Of a stretch of DNA of 64,000 nucleotides, positions 26,101 through 39,100 are shown in pieces. Origin of the DNA: Eledone cirrhosa (Eukaryota); NCBI GenBank assembly GCA_964016885.1, contig OZ024740.1, positions 296,236,001 through 296,300,000 on the forward strand. Direction: 5' to 3'. The notes below the pieces were generated by a model, which was given only the letters and a program-made list of their open reading frames with translations, did no database searches and had not been told where the DNA came from. The translations under genes and the position numbers were made by a program. Position 1 is the stretch's first letter; each line of letters begins with the position of its first letter.

Positions 26101-29100
26101 AAAAAATGGATCCCCCAAATAAAAAATGGATCACCCAAATAAAAAATAAATCACCCAAATAAAGAATGGATCACCCAAATAAAAAATGGATCCCCCAAAT
26201 AAAAAATGGATCACCCAAATAAAAAATGGATCCCTTTTTTATTTGGCGGATCCATTTTTTTGGGGGGGGGATCCATTATCTATTTGGGTGATCCATTTTA
26301 TGTTTGGGGGATCCAGTTTTTATTTGGGTGATCCATTTTTTATTTGGGGGATCCATTTTTTATTTGGGTGATCCATTTTTTATTTGGTGATCCATTTTTT
26401 ATTTGGGGGATCCATTTTTATTTGGGTGATCCATTTTTTATTTGGTTGATCCATTTTTTATTAGAGGTATCCATTTTTAATTTGGGTGATCCATTTTTTA
26501 TTTGTGTGATCCATTTTTTATATGAGGGATCCATTTTTTATTTGGGGGATCCATTTTTTATTTGATGGATGTCCCAAATAAAAAATGGATCACCCGAATA
26601 AAAAATGGATCCCCCAAATAAAAAATGGATCCCCCAAATAAAAAATGGGTCCCCCAAATAAAAAATGGGTCACCCAAATAAAAAATGGATCACCCAAATA
26701 AAAAATGGATCGCCCAAATAAAAAATAGATCCAAAAAATAAAAAATGGATCACCCAAATAAAAAATGGATCCCCCAAATAAAAAATGGATCCCCCAAATA
26801 AAAAATGGATCACCCAAATAAAAAATGGGCCCCCCCCCCAAAAAAATGGATCACCCAAATAAAAAATGGATCACCCAAATAAAAAATGCATCCTCCAAAT
26901 AAAAAATGGATCACCCAAATAAAAAATGGATCCTCCAAATAAAAAATGGATCACCCAAATAAAAAATGGATCACCCAAATAAAAAATGGATCACCCAAAT
27001 CAAAAATGGATCCCCCAAACAAAAAATGGATCACCCAAATAAAAAATGGATCCCCCACATAAAAAATGGATCACCCAAATAAAAAATGAATCACCCAAAT
27101 AAAAAATGGATCACCCAAATAAAAAATGGATCCCCCAAATAAAAAATGGATCACCCAAATAAAAAAATGGATCACCCAAATAAAAAATGGATCCCTTTTT
27201 TATTTGGGGGATCCATTTTTTATTTGAAGGATCCATTTTTTATTTGGGTGATCCATTTTTTATTTGGGTGATCCATTTTTTATTTGGGTGATCCATTTTT
27301 TATTTGGGTGATCCATTTTTTATTTGGGGGATCCATTTTTTATTTGGGGGATCCATTTTTTATTTGGGTGATCCATTTTTTATTTGTGGGATCCATTTTA
27401 TATTTGGGGGATCCATTTTTTATTTGGGGATCCATTTTTTATTTGGGTGATCCATTTTTTATTTGGGTGATCCATTTTTTATTTGAGGGATCCATTTTTT
27501 ATTTGGGGGATCCATTTTTTATTTGATGGATCTCCCAAATAAAAAATGGATCATCCAAATAAAAAATGGATCCCCCAAATAAAAAATGGATCACCCAAAT
27601 AAAAAATGGAACACCCAAATAAAAAATGGATCCCCCAAATAAAAAATGGATCCCCCAAATAAAAAATGGATCCCCAAAATAAAAAATGGATCACCCAAAT
27701 AAAAAATGGAGCCCCCAAATAAAAAATGGATCACCCAAATTAAAACTGGTTCCCCCAAATAAAAAATGGATCACCCAAGTAAAAAATGGATCCCCCAAAT
27801 AAAAAATGGATCCCCCAAATAAAAAATGGATCCTCCAAATAAAAAATGGATCACCCAAATAAAAAATGGATCCCCAAATAAAAAATGGATCCCCAAATAA
27901 AAAATGGATCCTCCAAATAAAAAATGGATCACCCAAATAAAAAATGGATCACCCAAATAAAAAATGGATCACCCAAATAAAAAATGGATCGCCCAAATAA
28001 AAAATGGATCCCCAAATAAAAAATGGATCACCCAAATAAAAAATGGATCCCCCAAATAAAAAATGGATCCCCCAAATAAAAAATGGATCACCCAAATAAA
28101 AAATGGACCCCCAAATAAAAAATGGATCACCCAAATAACAAATGGAACACCCAAATAAAAAATGGATCCCCCAAATAAAAAATGGATCACCCAAATAAAA
28201 AATGGATCACCCAAATAAAAAATGGATCCTCCAAATAAAAAATGGATCACCCAAATAAAAAATGTATCACCCAAATAAAAACTGGATCACCCAAATAAAA
28301 ACTGGATCAGCCAAATAAAAAATGGATCGCCCAAATAAAAAATGGATCCCCCAAATAAAAAATGGATCACCCAAATGAAAAATGAATCACCCAAATAAAA
28401 AATGGATCCCTCAAATAAAGAATGGATCACTCAAATAAAAAATGGATCACCCAAATAAAAAATGGATCCCCCAAATAAAAAATGGATCACCCAAATAAAA
28501 AATGGATCACCCAAATAAAAAATGGATCCCCCAAATAAAAAATGGATCACCCAAATAAAAAATGGATCCCCCAAATAAAAAAGGATCACCCAAATAAAAA
28601 ATGGATCATTCAAATAAAAAATGGATCACCCAAATAAAAAATGGATCCCCCAAATAAAAAATGGATCACCCAAATAAAAAATAAATCACCCAAATAAAAA
28701 ATGGATCACCCAAATAAAAAATTGATCCCCCAAATAAAAAATGGATCACCCAAATAAAAAATGGATCACCCAAATATAATATGGATCCCCCAAATAAAAA
28801 ATGGATCCCCCAAATAAAAAATGGATCCCCCAAATAAAAAATGGATCCCCCAAATAAAAAATGGATCACCCAAATAAAAAATGGATCCCCAAATAAAAAA
28901 TGGATCCCCAAATAAAAAATGGATCCTCCAAATAAAAAATGGATCACCCAAATAAAAAATGGATCACCCAAATAAAAAATGGATCACCCAAATAAAAAAT
29001 GGATCGCCCAAATAAAAAATGGATCCCCAAATAAAAAATGGATCACCCAAATAAAAAATGGATCCCCCAAATAAAAAATGGATCCCCCAAATAAAAAATG

Positions 29101-30030
29101 GATCACCCAAATAAAAAATGGACCCCCAAATAAAAAATGGATCACCCAAATAACAAATGGAACACCCAAATAAAAAATGGATCCCCCAAATAAAAAATGG
29201 ATCACCCAAATAAAAAATGGGTCACCCAAATAAAAAATGGATCCTCCAAATAAAAAATGGATCACCCAAATAAAAAATGTATCACCCAAATAAAAACTGG
29301 ATCACCCAAATAAAAACTGGATCAGCCAAATAAAAAATGGATCGCCCAAATAAAAAATGGATCCCCCAAATAAAAAATGGATCACCCAAATGAAAAATGA
29401 ATCACCCAAATAAAAAATGGATCCCTCAAATAAAGAATGGATCACTCAAATAAAAAATGGATCACCCAAATAAAAAATGGATCACCCAAATAAAAAATAA
29501 ATCACCCAAATAAAAAATGGATCACCCAAATAAAAAATTGAGCCCCCAAATAAAAAATGGATCACCCAAATAAAAAATGGATCACCCAAATAAAAAATGG
29601 ATCCCTTTTTTATTTGGCGGATCCATTTTTTTTGGGGGGATCCATTATCTATTTGGGTGATCCATTTTATGTTTGGGGGATCCAGTTTTTATTTGGGTGA
29701 TCCATTTTTTATTTGGGGGATCCATTTTTTATTTGGGTGATCCATTTTTTATTTGGTGATCCATTTTTTATTTGGGGGATCCATTTTTATTTGGGTGATC
29801 CATTTTTTATTTGGTTGATCCATTTATTATTAGAGGTATCCATTTTTAATTTGGGTGATCCATTTTTTAATTGTGTGATCCATTTTTTATATGAGGGATC
29901 CATTTTTTATTTGGGGGATCCATTTTTTATTTGATGGATGTCCCAAATAAAAAATGGATCACCCGAATAAAAAATGGATCCCCCAAATAAAAAATGGATC
30001 CCCCAAATAAAAAATGGATCCCCCAAATAA
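21900..30030. repeat. About 8-kb direct copy of ~1,140-9,200 (offset ~20.8 kb), repeated again ~9.0 kb downstream
   Basis: Offsets 1262/22022 = 20760, 3435/24255 = 20820, 8888/29713 = 20825, 22022/31003 = 8981, 29713/38710 = 8997. The rare junction GATGTAAAATAAAATAAAATAAAAAA is at ~3127, 23947, 32928. Confidence 0.9.
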
Positions 30031-30165
30031 AAAATGGATCACCCAAATAAAAAATGGATCCCTCATATAAAAAATGGATCACACAATTAAAAAATGGATC
30101 ACCCAAATTAAAAATGGATACCTCTAATAATAAATGGATCAACCAAATAAAAAATGAATCACCCA
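29791..30165. repeat. Local inverted duplication (fold-back) with arms at ~29,791-29,915 and ~30,042-30,165
   Basis: The private variant series GGTTGATCCATTTATTATTAGAGGTATCC...TTAATTGTGTGATCC...TATATGAGGG is mirrored as CCCTCATATA...GGATCACACAATTAA...GGATACCTCTAATAATAAATGGATCAACC. ORFs 29713(+) and 29927..30166(-) share the same variant peptide. Confidence 0.92.
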
Positions 30166-30189
30166 AATAAAAAATGGATCACCCAAATA

Positions 30190-33100
30190 AAAAATGGATC
30201 CCCCAAATAAAAAATGGATCATCAAATAAAAAATGAATCACCCAAATAAAAAATGGATCACCCAAATAAAAAATGGATCACCCAAATAAAAAATGGATCA
30301 CCCAAATAAAAAATGGATACCCCTAATAAAAAATGGATCAACCAAATAAAAAATGGATCACCCAAATAAAAAATGGATCCCCCAAATAAAAATTGGATCA
30401 CCCAAATAAAAAATGGATCACCCAAATAAAAAATGGATCACCCAAATAAAAAATGGATCCCCCAAATAAAAAATGGATCACCCAAATAAAAAATGGATCA
30501 CCCAAATAAAAAATGGATCACCCAAATAAAAAGTGGATCACCCAAATAAAAAATGGATCGCCCAAATAAAAAATGGATCCCCAAATAATAAATGGATCAC
30601 CCAAATAAAAAATGGATCCCCCAAATAAAAAATGGATCCCCCAAATAAAAAATGGATCACCCAAATAACAAATGGATCACCCAAATAAAAAATGGATCCC
30701 CCAAATAAAAAATGGATCACCCAAATAAAAAATGGATCACCCAAATAAAAAATGGATCACCCAAATAAAAAATGGATCACCCAAATAAAAAATGGATCGC
30801 CTAAATAAAAAATGGATCCCTCAAATAAAGAATAGATCACTCAAATAAAAAATGGATCACCCAAATAAAAAATGGATCCCCCAAATAAAAAATGGATCAC
30901 CCAAATAAAAAATGGATCACCCCAATAAAAAATGGATCCCCCAAATAAAAAATGGATCACCCAAATAGATCACAAATAGATAATGGTTCCCCCAAATAAA
31001 AAATGGATCCGCCAAATAAAAAAGGGATCCATTTTTTATTTGGGGGATCCATTTTTTATTTGGGTGATCCATTTTTTATTTGGGTGATCCATTTTTTATT
31101 TGGGGGATCCATTTTTTATTTGGGTGATCCATTTTTTATTTGGGGGATCCATTTTTTATTTGGGGGATCCATTTTTTATTTGGGTGATCCATTTTTTATT
31201 TGGGTGATCCATTTTTTATTTGGGTGATCCATTTTTTATTTGGGTGATCCATTTTTTATTTGTGGGATCCTTTTTTTATTTGGGTGATCCATTTTTTATT
31301 TGGGTGATCCATTTTTTATTTGAGTGATCCATTTTTTATTTGGGGGATCCATTTTTTATTTGGGTGATCCATTTTTATTTGGGGTATCCATTTTTTATTT
31401 GGTGGATCCATTTTTTATTTGGGTGATCCATTTTTTATTTGGGTGATCCATTTTTTATTTGAGTGATCCATTCTTTATTTGAGGGATCCATTTTTTATTT
31501 GGGGGATCCATTTTTTATTTGATGGATCACCCAAATAAAAAATGGATCCCCCAAATAAAAAGTGGATCACCCAAATAAAAAATGGATCCCCCAAATAAAA
31601 AATGGATCATCAAATAAAAAATGAATCACCCAAATAAAAAATGGATCACCCAAATAAAAAATGGATCACCCAAATAAAAAATGGATACCCCTAATAAAAA
31701 ATGGATCAACCAAATAAAAAATGGATCACCCAAATAAAAAATGGATCCCCCAAATAAAAATTGGATCACCCAAATAAAAAATGGATCACCCAAATAAAAA
31801 ATGGATCACCCAAATAAAAAATGGATCCCCCAAATAAAAAATGGATCACCCAAATAAAAAATGGATCACCCAAATAAAAAATGGATCACCCAAATAAAAA
31901 GTGGATCACCCAAATAAAAAATGGATCGCCCCAATAAAAAATGGATCCCCAAATAATAAATGGATCACCCAAATAAAAAATGGATCCCCCAAATAAAAAA
32001 TGGATCCCCCAAATAAAAAATGGATCACCCAAATAACAAATGGATCACCCAAATAAAAAATGGATCCCCCAAATAAAAAATGGATCACCCAAATAAAAAA
32101 TGGATCACCCAAATAAAAAATTTGGGTGATCCATTTTTTATTTGGGTGATCCATTTTTTATTTGGGGGATCCATTTTTTATTTGGGTGATCCATTTTTTA
32201 TTTGGGGGATCCATTTTTTATTTGGGTGATCCATTTTTTATTTGGGTGATCCATTTTTTAATTGCGGGATCCATTTTTTATTTGGGTGATCCATTTTTTA
32301 TTTGAGTGATCCATTCTTTATTTGAGGGATCCATTTTTTATTTGGGGGATCCATTTTTTATTTGATGGATCACCCAAATAAAAAATGGATCAACCAAATA
32401 AAAAATTGTTCACCCAAATAAAAAATGGATCCCTTTTTTATTTAGCGGATCCATTTTTTTATTTCGGTGATCCATTTTTTATTTGGTGGATCCATTTTTA
32501 ATTTGGGGGATCCATTTTTTATTTGGGTGATCCATTTTTTATTTGGGGGATCCATTTTTTATTTGGGGGATCAATTTTTTATTTGGGTGATCCATTTTTC
32601 ATTTGGGTGATCCATTTTTTATTTGGTGATCCATTTTTTATTTGGGGGATCCATTTTTTATTTGGGTGATCGATTTTTTATTTGGGTGATCTATTTTTTA
32701 TTTGGGGTATCCATTTTTAATTTGGGTGATCAATTTTTTATTTGGGTGATCCATTTTTTATTTGGGTGATCCATTTTTTATTTGGATGATCCATTTTTTA
32801 TTTGGGGGATCCATTTTTTATTTGGGTGATCCATTTTTTATTTGGGGGATCCATTTTTTATTTGGGCGATCCATTTTTTATTTGGGGGATCCATTTTTTA
32901 TTTGGTGGATCCATTTTTTATTTGGGTGATGTAAAATAAAATAAAATAAAAAATGGATCCCCCAAATAAAAAATGGATCCCTCAAATAAAAAATGGATCA
33001 CCCAAATAAAAAATGGATCACCCAAATAAAAAATGGATCCCCCAAATACAAAATGGATCACCAAATAAAAAATGGATCACCCAAATAAAAAATGGATCCC

Positions 33101-36100
33101 CCAAATAAAAAATGGATCACCCAAATAAAAAATGGATCTCCCAAATACAAAATGGATCACCAAATATAAAATGGATCACCCAAATAAAAAATGGATCCTC
33201 CAAATAAAAAATGGATCACCCAAATAAAAAATGGATCACCCAAATAAAAAATGGATCGCCCAAATAAAAAATGGATCCAAAAAATAAAAATGGATCACCC
33301 AAACAAAAAATGGATCACCCAAATAAACACTGGATCCCCCAAATAAAAAATGGATTACCCAAATAAAAAATGGATCCCTTTTTTATTTGGGTGATCCATT
33401 TTTTATTTGGGGGATCCATTTTTTATTTGGGTGATCCATTTTTTATTTGTGTGATCCATTTTTTATTTGGGCGATCCATTTTTTATTTGGGGGATACATT
33501 TTTTATTTGGGTGATCCATTTTTTATTTGGGTGATTCATTTTTTATTTGGGTGATCCATTTTTAATTTTTGGGATCCATTTTTTATTTGGTGGATCCATT
33601 TTTTATTTGGGTGATCCATTTTTTATTTGGGTGATCCATTTTTTATTTGATGGATCCCCAAATAGAAAATGGAACCCCCAAATAAAAAATGGATCCCCCA
33701 AATAAAAAATGGATCACCCAAATAAAAAATGGATCCCCCAAATAAAAAATGGATCCCCCAAATAAAAAATGAATCCCTGAAATAAAAAATGGATCCCCCA
33801 AATAAAAAAGGGATGCATTTTTTATTTGGGTGATCCATTTTTTATTTGGGGGGATCCGTTTTTTATTTGGGCGATCCATTTTTTATTTGGGTGATCCATT
33901 TTTTATTTGAGGGATCCATTTTTTATTTGGGGGATCCATTTTTTATTTGATGGATCTCCCAAATAAAAAATGGATCATCCAAATAAAAAATGGATCCCCC
34001 AAATAAAAAATGGATCACCCAAATAAAAAATGGAACACCCAAATAAAAAATGGATCCCCCAAATAAAAAATGGATCCCCCAAATAAAAAATGGATCCCCA
34101 AAATAAAAAATGGATCACCCAAATAAAAAATGGAGCCCCCAAATAAAAAATGGATCACCCAAATTAAAACTGGTTCCCCCAAATAAAAAATGGATCACCC
34201 AAGTAAAAAATGGATCCCCCAAATAAAAAATGGATCCCCCAAATAAAAAATGGATCCCCCAAATAAAAAATGGATCACCCAAATAAAAAATGGATCCCCA
34301 AATAAAAAATGGATCCCCAAATAAAAAATGGATCCTCCAAATAAAAAATGGATCACCCAAATAAAAAATGGATCACCCAAATAAAAAATGGATCACCCAA
34401 ATAAAAAATGGATCGCCCAAATAAAAAATGGATCCCCAAATAAAAAATGGATCACCCAAATAAAAAATGGATCCCCCAAATAAAAAATGGATCCCCCAAA
34501 TAAAAAATGGATCACCCAAATAAAAAATGGACCCCCAAATAAAAAATGGATCACCCAAATAACAAATGGAACACCCAAATAAAAAATGGATCCCCCAAAT
34601 AAAAAATGGATCACCCAAATAAAAAATGGATCACCCAAATAAAAAATGGATCCTCCAAATAAAAAATGGATCACCCAAATAAAAAATGGATCCCCCAAAT
34701 AAAAAATGGATCCCCCAAATAAAAAATGTATCACCCAAATAAAAACTGGATCACCCAAATAAAAACTGGATCAGCCAAATAAAAAATGGATCGCCCAAAT
34801 AAAAAATGGATCCCCCAAATAAAAAATGGATCACCCAAATGAAAAATGAATCACCCAAATAAAAAATGGATCCCTCAAATAAAGAATGGATCACTCAAAT
34901 AAAAAATGGATCACCCAAATAAAAAATGGATCCCCCAAATAAAAAATGGATCACCCAAATAAAAAATGGATCACCCAAATAAAAAATGGATCCCCCAAAT
35001 AAAAAATGGATCACCCAAATAAAAAATGGATCCCCCAAATAAAAAAGGATCACCCAAATAAAAAATGGATCATTCAAATAAAAAATGGATCACCCAAATA
35101 AAAAATGGATCCCCCAAATAAAAAATGGATCACCCAAATAAAAAATAAATCACCCAAATAAAGAATGGATCACCCAAATAAAAAATGGATCCCCCAAATA
35201 AAAAATGGATCACCCAAATAAAAAATGGATCCCTTTTTTATTTGGCGGATCCATTTTTTGGGGGGGGATCCATTATCTATTTGGGTGATCCATTTTATGT
35301 TTGGGGGATCCAGTTTTTATTTGGGTGATCCATTTTTTATTTGGGGGATCCATTTTTTATTTGGGTGATCCATTTTTTATTTGGTGATCCATTTTTTATT
35401 TGGGGGATCCATTTTTATTTGGGTGATCCATTTTTTATTTGGTTGATCCATTTTTTATTAGAGGTATCCATTTTTAATTTGGGTGATCCATTTTTTATTT
35501 GTGTGATCCATTTTTTATATGAGGGATCCATTTTTTATTTGGGGGATCCATTTTTTATTTGATGGATGTCCCAAATAAAAAATGGATCACCCGAATAAAA
35601 AATGGATCCCCCAAATAAAAAATGGATCCCCCAAATAAAAAATGGGTCCCCTAAATAAAAAATGGGTCACCCAAATAAAAAATGGATCACCCAAATAAAA
35701 AATGGATCGCCCAAATAAAAAATGGATCCAAAAAATAAAAAATGGATCACCCAAATAAAAAATGGATCCCCCAAATAAAAAATGGATCCCCCAAATAAAA
35801 AATGGATCACCCAAATAAAAAATGGGCCCCCCCCAAAAAAAAATGGATCACCCAAATAAAAAATGGATCACCCAAATAAAAAATGCATCCTCCAAATAAA
35901 AAATGGATCACCCAAATAAAAAATGGATCCTCCAAATAAAAAATGGATCACCCAAATAAAAAATGGATCACCCAAATAAAAAATGGATCACCCAAATCAA
36001 AAATGGATCCCCCAAACAAAAAATGGATCACCCAAATAAAAAATGGATCCCCCACATAAAAAATGGATCACCCAAATAAAAAATGAATCACCCAAATAAA

Positions 36101-39100
36101 AAATGGATCACCCAAATAAAAAATGGATCCCCCAAATAAAAAATGGATCACCCAAATAAAAAAATGGATCACCCAAATAAAAAATGGATCCCTTTTTTAT
36201 TTGGGGGATCCATTTTTTATTTGAAGGATCCATTTTTTATTTGGGTGATCCATTTTTTATTTGGGTGATCCATTTTTTATTTGGGTGATCCATTTTTTAT
36301 TTGGGTGATCCATTTTTTATTTGGGGGATCCATTTTTTATTTGGGGGATCCATTTTTTATTTGGGTGATCCATTTTTTATTTGTGGGATCCATTTTATAT
36401 TTGGGGGATCCATTTTTTATTTGGGGATCCATTTTTTATTTGGGTGATCCATTTTTTATTTGGGTGATCCATTTTTTATTTGAGGGATCCATTTTTTATT
36501 TGGGGGATCCATTTTTTATTTGATGGATCTCCCAAATAAAAAATGGATCATCCAAATAAAAAATGGATCCCCCAAATAAAAAATGGATCACCCAAATAAA
36601 AAATGGAACACCCAAATAAAAAATGGATCCCCCAAATAAAAAATGGATCCCCCAAATAAAAAATGGATCCCCAAAATAAAAAATGGATCACCCAAATAAA
36701 AAATGGAGCCCCCAAATAAAAAATGGATCACCCAAATTAAAACTGGTTGCCCCAAATAAAAAATGGATCACCCAAGTAAAAAATGGATCCCCCAAATAAA
36801 AAATGGATCCCCCAAATAAAAAATGGATCCTCCAAATAAAAAATGGATCACCCAAATAAAAAATGGATCCCCAAATAAAAAATGGATCCCCAAATAAAAA
36901 ATGGATCCTCCAAATAAAAAATGGATCACCCAAATAAAAAATGGATCACCCAAATAAAAAATGGATCACCCAAATAAAAAATGGATCGCCCAAATAAAAA
37001 ATGGATCCCCAAATAAAAAATGGATCACCCAAATAAAAAATGGATCCCCCAAATAAAAAATGGATCCCCCAAATAAAAAATGGATCACCCAAATAAAAAA
37101 TGGACCCCCAAATAAAAAATGGATCACCCAAATAACAAATGGAACACCCAAATAAAAAATGGATCCCCCAAATAAAAAATGGATCACCCAAATAAAAAAT
37201 GGATCACCCAAATAAAAAATGGATCCTCCAAATAAAAAATGGATCACCCAAATAAAAAATGTATCACCCAAATAAAAACTGGATCACCCAAATAAAAACT
37301 GGATCAGCCAAATAAAAAATGGATCGCCCAAATAAAAAATGGATCCCCCAAATAAAAAATGGATCACCCAAATGAAAAATGAATCACCCAAATAAAAAAT
37401 GGATCCCTCAAATAAAGAATGGATCACTCAAATAAAAAATGGATCACCCAAATAAAAAATGGATCCCCCAAATAAAAAATGGATCACCCAAATAAAAAAT
37501 GGATCACCCAAATAAAAAATGGATCCCCCAAATAAAAAATGGATCACCCAAATAAAAAATGGATCCCCCAAATAAAAAAGGATCACCCAAATAAAAAATG
37601 GATCATTCAAATAAAAAATGGATCACCCAAATAAAAAATGGATCCCCCAAATAAAAAATGGATCACCCAAATAAAAAATAAATCACCCAAATAAAAAATG
37701 GATCACCCAAATAAAAAATTGATCCCCCAAATAAAAAATGGATCACCCAAATAAAAAATGGATCACCCAAATATAATATGGATCCCCCAAATAAAAAATG
37801 GATCCCCCAAATAAAAAATGGATCCCCCAAATAAAAAATGGATCCCCCAAATAAAAAATGGATCACCCAAATAAAAAATGGATCCCCAAATAAAAAATGG
37901 ATCCCCAAATAAAAAATGGATCCTCCAAATAAAAAATGGATCACCCAAATAAAAAATGGATCACCCAAATAAAAAATGGATCACCCAAATAAAAAATGGA
38001 TCGCCCAAATAAAAAATGGATCCCCAAATAAAAAATGGATCACCCAAATAAAAAATGGATCCCCCAAATAAAAAATGGATCCCCCAAATAAAAAATGGAT
38101 CACCCAAATAAAAAATGGACCCCCAAATAAAAAATGGATCACCCAAATAACAAATGGAACACCCAAATAAAAAATGGATCCCCCAAATAAAAAATGGATC
38201 ACCCAAATAAAAAATGGATCACCCAAATAAAAAATGGATCCTCCAAATAAAAAATGGATCACCCAAATAAAAAATGTATCACCCAAATAAAAACTGGATC
38301 ACCCAAATAAAAACTGGATCAGCCAAATAAAAAATGGATCGCCCAAATAAAAAATGGATCCCCCAAATAAAAAATGGATCACCCAAATGAAAAATGAATC
38401 ACCCAAATAAAAAATGGATCCCTCAAATAAAGAATGGATCACTCAAATAAAAAATGGATCACCCAAATAAAAAATGGATCACCCAAATAAAAAATAAATC
38501 ACCCAAATAAAAAATGGATCACCCAAATAAAAAATTGATCCCCCAAATAAAAAATGGATCACCCAAATAAAAAATGGATCACCCAAATAAAAAATGGATC
38601 CCTTTTTTATTTGGCGGATCCATTTTTTTGGGGGGGATCCATTATCTATTTGGGTGATCCATTTTATGTTTGGGGGATCCAGTTTTTATTTGGGTGATCC
38701 ATTTTTTATTTGGGGGATCCATTTTTTATTTGGGTGATCCATTTTTTATTTGGTGATCCATTTTTTATTTGGGGGATCCATTTTTATTTGGGTGATCCAT
38801 TTTTTATTTGGTTGATCCATTTATTATTAGAGGTATCCATTTTTAATTTGGGTGATCCATTTTTTAATTGTGTGATCCATTTTTTATATGAGGGATCCAT
38901 TTTTTATTTGGGGGATCCATTTTTTATTTGATGGATGTCCCAAATAAAAAATGGATCACCCGAATAAAAAATGGATCCCCCAAATAAAAAATGGATCCCC
39001 CAAATAAAAAATGGATCCCCCAAATAAAAAATGGGTCACCCAAATAAAAAATGGATCACCCAAATAAAAAATGGATCGCCCAAATAAAAAATGGATCCAA

